Counted from the stretch's first letter, positions 9,799 to 19,412 are shown. The stretch: 64,000 nt of DNA from a virus (IMGVR_UViG_3300049070_000180:4580-68579); one strand, 5' to 3'. Made by a program: numbers and translations. Notes: generated by a model not told the origin, from the letters alone.

Positions 9799-9970
9799 AT
9801 GGTGCACGACGGTGCACGATAAGTCAAGGCACGATGTTGCACTGTCGCGAATGGTGCGCTACGGTACACGATATGAGTCGAGCGGTCGGGGGCCTCATAA
9901 GGCCGTACCAGGGAACGTTTAGGCCGGCTAGGAGGGTGGTGTGGTGCACCGTGGTGCGCCATGATGTACC
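9799..9970. promoter_or_regulatory. Immunity switch operators (10-bp tandem repeats, RYGGTGCRCN)
   Basis: ATGGTGCACG-ACGGTGCACG (9799), ATGGTGCGCT-ACGGTACACG (9851), GTGGTGCACC-GTGGTGCGCC-ATGATGTACC (9941) between divergent HTH genes. Confidence 0.65.
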
Positions 9971-9971
9971 C

Positions 9972-10493
9972 GTGGCACGGCAGAGAGTGCATACCCGAGA
10001 ATTTTCAGCCGAAGCCAGGGAGCGCCTGGGTCTGGCGATAACGCGGGCCAGGGAGGCATCCGGCCACCCTTACCGGCCCAGTTTCGCGAGGGCTGCCGGG
10101 CTGAGCGTGCGCAGCATCGTGAACCTGGAAACGGGGAATCCCGTGGGCCCATCGGTGTATGAGGCAGCGGCGCGCGCCCTGCCAGGCTGGACTGAAGACA
10201 CCCCCCGGACCATCCTCGAGGGCGGGGCTGCACCCTCAACGCTGACGATGGTACCAACCGAACCGCTGTCGGCGGGTGTCAACGAGCTGATGCTGCGGCA
10301 CCTGCACGACCAGCGCGCCTACCTGGCCACCATCGACGCCACCGACGCGGAGATCGACGAGTACCTAGTGGCGCTGCGGCGACTCTGGATCAGCAGAGAA
10401 CCTGACCAGCGACGGTTCCTGCGCACCCTCCAACAGTTCATTTCCGAGGTCGACCAGGAGACGTCGCCGACGAATCACAGCGGGTCAGCGTGA
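9972..10493 (+). CDS. Immunity repressor (XRE HTH)
   Basis: RLGLAITRARE...FARAAGLSVRSIVNLETG...ALPGW; upstream of the integrase. Confidence 0.75.
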   Translation: MARQRVHTREFSAEARERLGLAITRAREASGHPYRPSFARAAGLSVRSIVNLETGNPVGPSVYEAAARALPGWTEDTPRTILEGGAAPSTLTMVPTEPLSAGVNELMLRHLHDQRAYLATIDATDAEIDEYLVALRRLWISREPDQRRFLRTLQQFISEVDQETSPTNHSGSA

Positions 10494-10620
10494 TGATTGC
10501 GATGTGGACACAGCGTGTAACCGGTATCGGGGCGATGCCGACACATGCGGGACAAGCGGCTTGTGCCCTAGACCCTGGTGCATCCCGTGCAGGGGACTTA
10601 ACAAAGCACGAGGTGTCGAC

Positions 10621-11007
10621 ATGTCAGCTATCAGCAGGACCTTGACCGTGCTCGCACTGCTGCCGCCGGGGGTGATCGGACCCTACGTGGTGGCTCGGGC
10701 TGTGGAACTGGATGGGCGCGCGTGTGTTCAAGCGTTTGTGGTCGGGTTGGCTCTGGTCATCGCAGCGCTGGCCGTGCTGATCCAGCGACTTCGCGTCGTC
10801 CACGAGCAGACCGCGTTCGAGCGCACCTTGGAGGACGCGGTGGCTGAGCTGCGCCGCGACGGCATCGAGCGCGACCATCAGATCGACGAGCTCCGCAGCT
10901 CCATCAACTCTGAGGCCATCCACTCATCCTGGCAGCAGGCCGCGTACCGGCTGGACTGCCGACGGACGGGCCACCGACTGCAACTCATCACCAGAGAGGG
11001 AGACTGA
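10621..11007 (+). CDS. Membrane protein (2 TM + coiled coil)
   Basis: Hydrophobic segments; TGATG overlap with the integrase. Confidence 0.55.
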   Translation: MSAISRTLTVLALLPPGVIGPYVVARAVELDGRACVQAFVVGLALVIAALAVLIQRLRVVHEQTAFERTLEDAVAELRRDGIERDHQIDELRSSINSEAIHSSWQQAAYRLDCRRTGHRLQLITREGD

Positions 11008-12272
11008 TGGCATGGGCTGAGCGGTTGTCGAAGACGTCGAAGAAGTGGCGCGGCGGGTGGCGCGACGCCGACGGCATCAAGCGTTACACCCGCAGGCCGG
11101 AGTTCCCCGAGCACCCCTACCCGCGCAAGACCGACGCGTTGGAGGCGGCGAAACAGGCCGAGGCGAAGGCCACCCGCACGGCGGCGGTGGCCGCGGGGAC
11201 CGCGTCGGCGACGATGCTGTGGGGACTGTGGTGGGAGCTGATCAAACGGGAGCACCCGCACACGGACTCGGCCCGCAACGAGCGGGACATGGTGAACCTG
11301 TACATCCGGCCCAAATGGGCGTCGACACCCCTGGTCGGGATCAAACGCAAACAGGTTCAGGACTGGATCGACAAGGAGTTGTCACCGGGCCGGGGAGCAA
11401 CCTACGTGCGACGGATCTACGCTGTCTTCTCCTGGTCGATGACCAGGGCATTGGCCGAGGAGATCCTGGACGCCTCACCGTGCGTGCGGATCAAGCTCCC
11501 GACGGTGCACAAGAAGCCGAAGCCCCGCGCCACGCTCGCCAACCTCGCCGCGCTCGAGCAGGTCGACGAGAAGGACCGTCCACACCTGCGCGTCGCCGCC
11601 CATCGGGAGATGAAGGACTTGCAGTATGAGACTGGTCTTCGGCCGGGCGAACTGTGCGGGCTGCACGACGATCAGGTGGATCTCGATACGGGATGGCTGG
11701 AGGTGACCAACGTGTTCGTCACCCGCCGGCGCGCGATCCGGCCGTGGCCGAAGGACAAGGACGCACGGAGAGTGCCGCTCACGGGCAGAGCGGTAGAGAT
11801 CTTGCGGCGGTGCATCGCCGGCCTGCCTGACGACGAGTCGGGGTGCGGCGTCACCCACACTGACGGGTCACGGTGTGAGGCGCGGCTGGTCTTCCGCAAC
11901 AACTGCGGGCTACCGGTCACTCCGCACGCCTATGAGCAGGCGATGCGCAAGGCTTCGAAACGGGCCGCCATAAAGAATCCGACTCCGTACGGGCTGCGTC
12001 GAGCTTTCTTCGATTGGATGGCCGAGGGTGGCTTGGACCCGTTCGCCATGGCTGCGTTCGGCGGGCATGAGGATGTCCGGCAGACCGCCGACTATGTTGG
12101 CCAGACCTCGACGGCGCGGGATCGGCTGCGGGCCGCGCGCGGGGAGAGGGGCGACTTGAGAATTGTTGCCGGGGAGTCCACTGTGGACTCCGCTTGGGGC
12201 AGATCTGGGGCAGACTTGCCCCGGACCCCACCGGACCCCACCGGACTCGAGGGTGATCAAGATGCGGTCTGA
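11007..12272 (+). CDS. int: Tyrosine integrase
   Basis: TGLRPGEL, PK, TPYGLRR, GHEDVRQTADY catalytic motifs; N-terminal arm-binding region. Confidence 0.93.
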   Translation: MAWAERLSKTSKKWRGGWRDADGIKRYTRRPEFPEHPYPRKTDALEAAKQAEAKATRTAAVAAGTASATMLWGLWWELIKREHPHTDSARNERDMVNLYIRPKWASTPLVGIKRKQVQDWIDKELSPGRGATYVRRIYAVFSWSMTRALAEEILDASPCVRIKLPTVHKKPKPRATLANLAALEQVDEKDRPHLRVAAHREMKDLQYETGLRPGELCGLHDDQVDLDTGWLEVTNVFVTRRRAIRPWPKDKDARRVPLTGRAVEILRRCIAGLPDDESGCGVTHTDGSRCEARLVFRNNCGLPVTPHAYEQAMRKASKRAAIKNPTPYGLRRAFFDWMAEGGLDPFAMAAFGGHEDVRQTADYVGQTSTARDRLRAARGERGDLRIVAGESTVDSAWGRSGADLPRTPPDPTGLEGDQDAV

Positions 12273-12429
12273 CATGCTGATACCACCTGACCCGCCCGTA
12301 CCCCACCGGACGATACCGGGTGCGACAGTTCCCCAGGTCAGAGCATTAGCGGCGCAAGCGACGTGTGCCGCTCCCAACTCATCTACCAGCGGAAACCTCA
12401 AGATCGTGGGGCTGAGCTGGGGCAGACTT
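12195..12429. other. Putative attP (arm-type and accessory-factor sites)
   Basis: TGGGGCAGATC-TGGGGCAGACTT (12195-12217), TGGGGCTGAGC-TGGGGCAGACTT (12407-12429), and CCGGACCCCA tandem repeats (12221-12246). Confidence 0.65.
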
Positions 12430-12487
12430 CAAGATCACATCGCGCGGGCCGCCATCGAGCGTCATCCGGTGCGTTCTCCCAGAAAGC

Positions 12488-12517
12488 TTGACAGTATGCC
12501 GCATCGTGCGGCATACT
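12488..12517 (+). promoter_or_regulatory. Sigma70-type promoter overlapped by a palindromic operator
   Basis: TTGACA-N18-CATACT; AGTATGCCGCA-tcg-TGCGGCATACT. Confidence 0.7.
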
Positions 12518-12554
12518 TGGTCAGGTAAGGGACCCGAACTTGAAGGAGACCCAG

Positions 12555-12914
12555 ATGTCCGCCATGGCCGACCTGTCCACCGCCATCACCGATCTCGCCG
12601 AGGGGCACGGCCTGGACTCCAGGCAAGCGGAACTCGTCGCGAGATACGTCGGCAAGCCCATCGCACCCCACCTACACCCCACCTACACCCCGGCCAACCC
12701 GATGATCGCCGTGGCGCACCTCGGCTTCGGTCAAACGGATCACATCCGCAAGCTGATGTTCGAGGAGCACTACCAGTCGTTCGGATGGATCCAGGTCGAG
12801 GTCCGGCGCTGCACCGACTGCCAGACCGTGCTGCCGATCCTTGCGGGCGGGCCAGCGTTCGAGCAGCCGTGGCGGCTGGATTACTTCCCGCGCTGCTCCC
12901 GGCACGCGTTCTGA
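12555..12914 (+). CDS. Hypothetical protein
   Basis: AAGGAG RBS; CTDC. Confidence 0.6.
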   Translation: MSAMADLSTAITDLAEGHGLDSRQAELVARYVGKPIAPHLHPTYTPANPMIAVAHLGFGQTDHIRKLMFEEHYQSFGWIQVEVRRCTDCQTVLPILAGGPAFEQPWRLDYFPRCSRHAF

Positions 12915-12916
12915 TC

Positions 12917-13135
12917 GTGGCCGAATTCTGGACCACCACCCAGGCGGCGGAGTACTGCGGCATCACCAGCGCGGCCTTCCGCCGCGAGCGGTCCCGGGAC
13001 TATCCGCCACCTGAACCAGTGGGCCGGCAGCCGGGGCGCAAGGGGCAGGACCTGTACGACGCCGACGCTGTCCGCGCCTGGCGCGCCAACCGACCGGGCC
13101 GGGGCTTCCGGTCAGACCTGAAGGAGATGCAGTGA
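12917..13135 (+). CDS. AlpA/Xis-like winged HTH protein
   Basis: WTTTQAAEYCGI...PPPEP...LYDADAVRAWRANRPGRG. Confidence 0.7.
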   Translation: MAEFWTTTQAAEYCGITSAAFRRERSRDYPPPEPVGRQPGRKGQDLYDADAVRAWRANRPGRGFRSDLKEMQ

Positions 13136-13422
13136 GCAGTCCGACTAGCGATCCCCGCCAGCCTGCGTACGACGTGGTCTTCGGAGAGATCCGCAAGTGT
13201 GGGTCGGCGGCAGCGAGCAACGCCTTCGCCTGGCGCTGTGTCCACACCGCACTGAACGCCGCGAAGGTCGGCGAACCGGTCGACCCTCAGTCCGGACTCG
13301 AGATGGTGGATCGGGAGGTCCGCCGCTACAACCCCCTGAGTTGGCCCGTGGTCACAGCGGGCATCGTGTCCTTCGCTGTGGTCGCTCTTGCGGTGGCTGC
13401 CGCTGTGGGGTGGTTGGGGTGA
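13132..13422 (+). CDS. Membrane protein
   Basis: C-terminal TM helix. Confidence 0.55.
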   Translation: MSSPTSDPRQPAYDVVFGEIRKCGSAAASNAFAWRCVHTALNAAKVGEPVDPQSGLEMVDREVRRYNPLSWPVVTAGIVSFAVVALAVAAAVGWLG

Positions 13423-14195
13423 GCGTCGATATCGGGTCGATCATCGACCCGGGCGCCGCGGTCACAGCGCTGAAGTCGATGTGGGCGACGCATCCCCCGG
13501 AGACGTGGGATCACAAGCCGATGGTCCCGTTGCATGCCACGACGTACGACCAGGAGTCGGATGGGATTAATCCTTACTGGGACATCGTCCGCCAGTTGCC
13601 GCTGAGCAACACCGACCTGGGTAGCGGCCATGCAACTCAGGTCGAAGGCTACTGGTCCGGTCCTGGGCAAGACCGGCTCTTCATCTCCCGTCACGAGTTG
13701 GTCAAGACCTACGCGTGGGCCATACCGACACCCACTGACATCCAGTGGATCGTCTCGGTGCTCAAGGGCCGGGGCGTGGCGGAGATCGGCGCGGGTACTG
13801 GCTACTGGGCGTGGCAGTTCACCCAGGCCGGCGTGGATGTTATCGCGGTCGATGAGTTCGTCGGCGACGACAACACCTTCTGTGGTCCGACCCGCTATCA
13901 CCTCGTACATAACGGCGGGCCTCGAACGGCTCAGCAACATCCCGACCGGGCTCTGATGCTGTGTTGGCCACCGTACGGGGGGCTCATGGCCGCGCAGTCC
14001 CTGGAGCAGTACGCCGGAGATCTGCTCATCTACATCGGCGAGCCGGAAGGCGGCTGTACGGCTGACGACGACTTCTTCCGCCTGCTCGACTCCGACTGGA
14101 ACCGCATCGGCGCCGCGCCGCAGCACGTGACGTTCTCCGGCATCCACTGCTACGTCGAGGCGTACGGGCGCAAGGGGGTGCGGGCCGATGTCTGA
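13419..14195 (+). CDS. Class I SAM-methyltransferase-like protein
   Basis: YAWAIP...VAEIGAGTGYWA...LMLCWPPY...IYIGE..GGCTADD. Confidence 0.75.
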   Translation: MSVDIGSIIDPGAAVTALKSMWATHPPETWDHKPMVPLHATTYDQESDGINPYWDIVRQLPLSNTDLGSGHATQVEGYWSGPGQDRLFISRHELVKTYAWAIPTPTDIQWIVSVLKGRGVAEIGAGTGYWAWQFTQAGVDVIAVDEFVGDDNTFCGPTRYHLVHNGGPRTAQQHPDRALMLCWPPYGGLMAAQSLEQYAGDLLIYIGEPEGGCTADDDFFRLLDSDWNRIGAAPQHVTFSGIHCYVEAYGRKGVRADV

Positions 14196-14439
14196 TCTCG
14201 CACCCGATGAGGTGTTCGACTACTACGGCGAGCCCTGCGGGATCTGGGGCCAGAGCGTGGTGCCAGCGGGTGAGGAGATTGACCCGGTGCCGGCCGTGTA
14301 CGCCACCGGATCCGAGGTCTCGGTCGGGGACTACCGCCTGAGTATCAACGTGGCCGAGGCGTACGCCGAGCGGATCCTCACTGCCGTGAGATACCAGCGG
14401 GCCCTGGACTCAGCGAAGGAGACTCCGGCCGATGTCTGA
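14188..14439 (+). CDS. Hypothetical protein
   Basis: Coupled ORF flanked by a 16-bp direct repeat. Confidence 0.6.
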   Translation: MSDLAPDEVFDYYGEPCGIWGQSVVPAGEEIDPVPAVYATGSEVSVGDYRLSINVAEAYAERILTAVRYQRALDSAKETPADV

Positions 14440-14753
14440 TCTTGCCAAGCGACTCCGAGACATGGCCGGGAAGACGGCCTTCGACGAGGTCCGGAAGTGG
14501 CATGTACCGGAGGCGAACCCGGTACGGCGGCGTGGTAGCTCCGATGGGACCGACCGAGAAGGACGTGGGCCGTGCGATCGTCCCCGCCTTGCTCCGCGAG
14601 GTCGCCGACCACATCAGCGCCTTCCCGCTCCTCGCCGACGACGAACCCGACGCCGGGTCGTTCGACGACGGGATGCGCACCGCCTACGCCCAGTTCGTGA
14701 ACACCTTCCGGGTGTGGGCGCAGGAGATCGAGGAAATGCCCAATGTCCGCTGA
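14432..14753 (+). pseudogene. Frameshifted hypothetical gene
   Basis: The MSDLAKRL start frame turns low-complexity near 14520, while another frame gives a plausible C-terminus coupled to the next gene. Confidence 0.45.
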
Positions 14754-14973
14754 TCTCGCGCAGAGGCTAGTGGAGGCAGCCACCCACGAGATCGTCAACG
14801 CGCCACACGACGATCACGACGTGCCGGACTACGAGGTGGCCGGTCGTGCTGCCGCGGTCGCCGTACTGCGGGAGTTGGCCCTAGCAGGCCTGCTGATCGC
14901 GCACGACGTGTCAGACTTCCCGAAGGCGTGCCGCGCGTTGGCCGACTCGATTGAGAAGGGAGAGACGGCATGA
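14743..14973 (+). CDS. Hypothetical protein (related to 59948-60247)
   Basis: LAQRLV.AA...GRAAA.A.L..LA...R.LA..I. Confidence 0.6.
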   Translation: MSADLAQRLVEAATHEIVNAPHDDHDVPDYEVAGRAAAVAVLRELALAGLLIAHDVSDFPKACRALADSIEKGETA

Positions 14974-15146
14974 GCACCGAGGACTGCGTGTTCTGCCGCA
15001 TCGCCGCAGGCGACGCTCCAGCCACGATCGTGCGGGCCTGGCCGGACGCCCTCGCGATCGTGCCACTCGGACCGGTCACACCAGGCCACATCCTGGTCAT
15101 CCCGAAGGCGCATGTAGCGGAGTCCACAGAAGGCGGGACGTCATGA
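14970..15146 (+). pseudogene. Truncated HIT-family hydrolase
   Basis: DCVFCRIAAG...PVTPGHILVIPKAHV then stop; HxHxH triad missing. Confidence 0.75.
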
Positions 15147-16111
15147 GCACCTGCACATCGCACTGGAACGCCACAAAACACCGCACCTGCATCGGGGCTC
15201 TGGCGGCTGGCTGGATCAACGCGCCGGACTTGTGCCCGAACTGCACGCTGCGCTTCATGGCCGCCCTGGACGCTGTCGAGCCGGACCTGGATTGGCATGA
15301 CGCCTACCGGCAGCGGGCGGAGTCCGGGGAGGTGTCGGCGTCATGAGCACCGAACTCGCCGAGATGCTCGACAACCTGTCGTTCGCGCTGAAGAACGGCC
15401 GGACCGCCATGGCGCTCAACGCCATCGGCGACATCGCCCCACGGCTGGACCCTCTCCGGGAACAACTGCGGTCCGAACTCCGTACCGAACACGCAGCGCG
15501 TATCGCTGCCGTAACAACTGGTACCGGCGCTTCCCATGACTGGGACGTAGCCGACGAAGTTCGCTGTCGGCGCTGCCACATCAGCGTACTGGGACCGCAC
15601 GTCATCGAACGCGGTCAACTGCCAGCCTGCTCGGACACGCCGCCTTGCTCACTTGACGCACACCTCGTCGGCGCCACCGTCGGGGGGTCGGCTGGGTATG
15701 GCCGCTGCATCTACTGCGACACAACGTTCCCCGCCACGAACCTCGTAGTGTCCGGGGAGGTGCCGGTCCAGTGAGCGGCGCCGAAGCGGTGGGGATCCTC
15801 GTCTGCCAGATCATCATCGGTGTTGTGGGGCTCTATGGAGCATGCTGGTGGGTCTCCGCCTTCCTTGGGTGGAGGGTTTGGAAACGAGAACAGCGAGAGA
15901 GGGAAAGAGGACCAGTCCAGTGAGCGGCGCCCTCGTGTGGGAGTTCGACGTGGCGGTATCCACCCACGACCTCGTCAAGGCCGGGGTTCTGGTAGCCGAT
16001 TGGCGTGAGGTGTCCATCTGCTCGGACAGCTACGCCGATGCCAGCCTGGGGGCGCTCCAGATGGCAGCTGCTGATGGTGCGATGCCAACCGACATCCTGT
16101 GGAGGTACTGA
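15143..16111 (+). CDS. Four small coupled genes (15143-15346, 15343-15774, 15771-15923 membrane, 15920-16111)
   Basis: ATGA/GTGA overlaps with RBSs. Confidence 0.6.
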
Positions 16112-17368
16112 TGGACCCCGTGCGACAACCCACGGACGAGGAATGCAGCGCCAACGCTGAGGTTCTTCACGGCAGGAAGGTCGGCTACGCCTGCTGGTAT
16201 CCGCAGACTGGCGGCTATGCCGGGAAGGCCCTCGCCGTGCCCGACGATGACGGTCATGTCGACGTCTACGTCTGGCATGACGGGCAGTTCCCGTTCGACG
16301 GCCATTGCCAGAACTGCCGCGACGGGAGGCAGCCGGTCGAGATCCACCACTGCGATGGTGGCCAGTTCATCCAGTTCGGGGAGTTCATCAACGCGATCGG
16401 CGGGAAGGTATGACCACAACCAAGACCATGGCGGTCTACATCAACAACGGCCCGGCGATGGTTGGCACGCTCAGCGAGGAGCAGGAGCGGATCCCCGTCT
16501 CCTCGAACCTCCCGGAGCCGGACCTGCGCTGGGAGCACACCGACAGCCACGGCCACTTCCACGCCCATTCCGACGACAAGGACGACCGGTATCCGACGCT
16601 GGAGCGGCACGTCGAGCGCGCCGAGTGTGACGGCTCCTGCGGTGGGGTGTGCGAAGGCGAGGGCTACCACACCGTTCGGTACACCTGCCGGATCTGCGAC
16701 GAGGAGATCAAGCCGGGGTCCATCCCCGGCCCGCACCACCACACCATCCCCGGCATGCGGTCGTGGACCGTTCAGGTGGCGGGCCCCGTCTCGCCATTCG
16801 AGAAGGTTTCCGTGCGGGTCGAGGCTGGGGACACGGTCTACTTTGGGATCGCTGAGGGCACCTCGCGCTCGGCGACGTCCTGGGGCTCGGACGAAACCAC
16901 CTACGTCTCGGACTTGGTGGGCATCGGTCCCTTGGGGAGGCGGAAGGCATGAGCGACTGCACCACCACCGACCTCAACGGCACACGGGTGACCGCCCACT
17001 CCCACTATCGGGGTATCTGTCACGCGTACCCAGGCCCGGACGGCGAGATCATGATCGACGGGCACGCCCTTTCGTCACCGTTAGAGTCCTGGCTCCGGGA
17101 CCATCGCCGTGAGGCGGTTGTAGATCCGGAGGAGGAGTACCGGCCGCCGTGTCCCACTTGCGGGACTCCAGTGGACATCGACTGGTGCGAGATCACCGCG
17201 TTCGGTCAGTCACAGCGGCAGTTCATCGCCGGCCGGGTCGAATGCCCGAGGAACCGGCGGCACGACATCAGGGCGGCCTATGAGGAGCTGAACTGGCCGA
17301 CCGGGCTCACGGACGACGACCGAGTCTGGCTTCGGCGACAGGCGCGCTTGGCCAAAGAGTCAGCCTGA
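16111..17368 (+). CDS. Three Cys/His-rich hypothetical genes (16111-16413, 16410-16952, 16949-17368)
   Basis: Coupled ORFs with CxxC motifs. Confidence 0.6.
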
Positions 17369-17463
17369 CTAGCTGGTGACGAGTTCGTCACGACGGTAAC
17401 GCTCCCGCAGTAGCGGAGCGACCCCTTCACGTCATCCACGTATGCACCGGTAGGAGCCAACCC

Positions 17464-17934
17464 ATGTCACAGCAACCCCAGTGGCAGCCCACCGCGCCAC
17501 CTCCCTACCAGCCACCACCACCACGGCGCAGACGCCGGGTCTGGCCCTGGGTTCTACTCGGCGTTGTCGTCCTGTTCTTCGGCGGCTGCGTCGCCATCGC
17601 CAACAACGTCGGCAACGAGATCAAGGAACAGTCCCGACCAGTGATGGTCACCTACGAGATCACCAGCATCGGTGTGGTCACGGCTGGGAACATCACCTAC
17701 ACCAAGGATGTCAACCTCGGCATGGAGCAGGTCGGCGACGCAAAGCTACCCTGGAAGAAGGACGTCCAGTTCGGCGAGGGGTTCTTCAAACCGCTCTCGA
17801 TCTCAGCGCAAGCCGGGAACGGTACCGGGACCATCACCTGCCGCATCCTCGTGGACGGTGTTGAGGTGGCCAAGTCCACCAGCCAAGGGCAGTTCGTGAT
17901 CGCCAGCTGCTCAGGCGACGTACCGAAGCGCTGA
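17464..17934 (+). CDS. MmpS-family membrane protein
   Basis: Pro-rich N-terminus, TM, VTYEI...LPW...ITCRILVDG...ASC. Confidence 0.8.
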   Translation: MSQQPQWQPTAPPPYQPPPPRRRRRVWPWVLLGVVVLFFGGCVAIANNVGNEIKEQSRPVMVTYEITSIGVVTAGNITYTKDVNLGMEQVGDAKLPWKKDVQFGEGFFKPLSISAQAGNGTGTITCRILVDGVEVAKSTSQGQFVIASCSGDVPKR

Positions 17935-17942
17935 GATACGCA

Positions 17943-17976
17943 ACCGGCCCCTCGGTATCACAACCGAGGGGCCGGT
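17943..17976. terminator. Bidirectional hairpin terminator
   Basis: ACCGGCCCCTCGGT / ACCGAGGGGCCGGT between convergent genes. Confidence 0.8.
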
Positions 17977-17992
17977 GCTAGTTGAGTAGCGC

Positions 17993-18205
17993 TCAGCGGT
18001 CGAACTGCCCCGCCTTAACTGCCGGCAGCAGTGCGCCGAGGTCCGCTCGCAGAGTCGGGCCGGTCGGGTTCTTGCTGTCCCTCACCGCGCCGATGCTGGC
18101 CACTTCCACGCAGTTGCCGCCGTCGCCCCCGCTGGCGCTGCTCTTGCGCCAGGCCACGTATGGTCCATCCATGATCCTCATCCCTTCCTGTTTAGCCCAG
18201 GTCAT
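17993..18205 (-). CDS. DUF397 protein
   Basis: WRKSSAS...GNCVEVA...VRDSKNPTGPTL. Confidence 0.93.
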   Translation of the reverse strand: MTWAKQEGMRIMDGPYVAWRKSSASGGDGGNCVEVASIGAVRDSKNPTGPTLRADLGALLPAVKAGQFDR

Positions 18206-19059
18206 GCGTCTACCAGGCTAACCATGAAGGCTGCGCTCTCGTCGGGCGAGAGGGCGAGCCTGGTCAGCGCATCGAAGGTGCCGGTGTACCGAGCGAGGTC
18301 TGTCGGTCGCTCGAGGTAGGTCGCACCCTCATCGTGCTCGAGGTAGACAAAGTTCGGTGCCGGCTCATCTGGCAAGGTCAGCAGCGAGAACGCGTTCTTC
18401 ATTCCGGGGTGCGGGCCGACGCTGAAGGGCAAGACCTGCAGGGTGATGAAGCTGCGCCGAGACATCTCCGCGAGGTACTCGACCTGCTCGCGCATGTCAC
18501 CGACAGGCCGACGCAATACCGCTTCGTTCAGCACGAACCGCAAGACAGGCGGCCTGGCTTCGAGGCGCTTCTGCCGCTCCTGTCGGAAGGCCACGAGCTT
18601 AGCGATCCCGGCGTCCTCGTTGCCGTCGTCGCTGCGGTAGGCGGCCCTGATTGCCCGGACGTAGCCAGGCACCTGCAGCAGACCCGGCACGAGTTCGGAC
18701 TCGTAGGCGCGGATCTCCTTGGCGTCGGTCTCGAAGCCGATGTAGGTTTCGAACCAGTTGGGCATGGTGTCGCTGTAGCTGACCCACCAGCCGCGTTCGT
18801 TGCTCTCTTCAGCCTGCCGAATAAGCATGTCGACCAGAGGTGCGCCGATCTCGTAGAGCTGACAGAGGAACCGTACGTTCCTGGGCAAGATCGCGAAGCG
18901 GCCGTTCTCGATCCTGCCGATGGTCTGCCGCCTGACGCCGAGGTAGTCGGCTGCCTCGTCCTGCGTCTTACCTGCCGACTCGCGCAAGCCGCGAAGCTGC
19001 TTGCCGAGGCGCCACCTGCGGACCAGTGAGCCAGGGCTCAGGTCATCGCTGTCATCCAT
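18202..19059 (-). CDS. XRE HTH + DUF5753 regulator (WhiJ/Scr1-like)
   Basis: RLGKQLRGLRE...GWW...YESELVPGLLQ...LNEAVLRRPVG...ALSPDES. Confidence 0.93.
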   Translation of the reverse strand: MDDSDDLSPGSLVRRWRLGKQLRGLRESAGKTQDEAADYLGVRRQTIGRIENGRFAILPRNVRFLCQLYEIGAPLVDMLIRQAEESNERGWWVSYSDTMPNWFETYIGFETDAKEIRAYESELVPGLLQVPGYVRAIRAAYRSDDGNEDAGIAKLVAFRQERQKRLEARPPVLRFVLNEAVLRRPVGDMREQVEYLAEMSRRSFITLQVLPFSVGPHPGMKNAFSLLTLPDEPAPNFVYLEHDEGATYLERPTDLARYTGTFDALTRLALSPDESAAFMVSLVDA

Positions 19060-19082
19060 GGCGGATAGTGTGCCGTACTCGC

Positions 19083-19141
19083 CGCCACGTACGTACGCGG
19101 TTCCCTCAATCGGGGTATTCCCTTCGCGTACGTACGTGGCG
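19083..19141. promoter_or_regulatory. Perfect 17-bp inverted repeat operator
   Basis: CGCCACGTACGTACGCG-N25-CGCGTACGTACGTGGCG. Confidence 0.7.
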
Positions 19142-19412
19142 TACGGTCATCATGCCGGCATTGCCGGTGGCCTGCGTCGCCTCTCCTTTCCTGTAGCCCA
19201 GGTCTGGCGAGGCGACGACAGGTCCAGCAACAGTCGGACCGGCACATTGCGAGAGCCCATGGACCCGCGATCAGGTACTGAGCTTCCGTCGCGAAGCACG
19301 GCGATGCACGTGCAGACGGCCATGAAGATGCCATTCTGTGACACTCTGTCTGTACATTGGGCAACCCGGTCGTTCTCCACAGGTGCTGGCCCCAACCTAG
19401 GCGGCGAGCGCG

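Noticed and set aside
12272-12480. tRNA or tmRNA fragment at attP
   Set aside because: No GTTCRA T-loop or cloverleaf is recognisable
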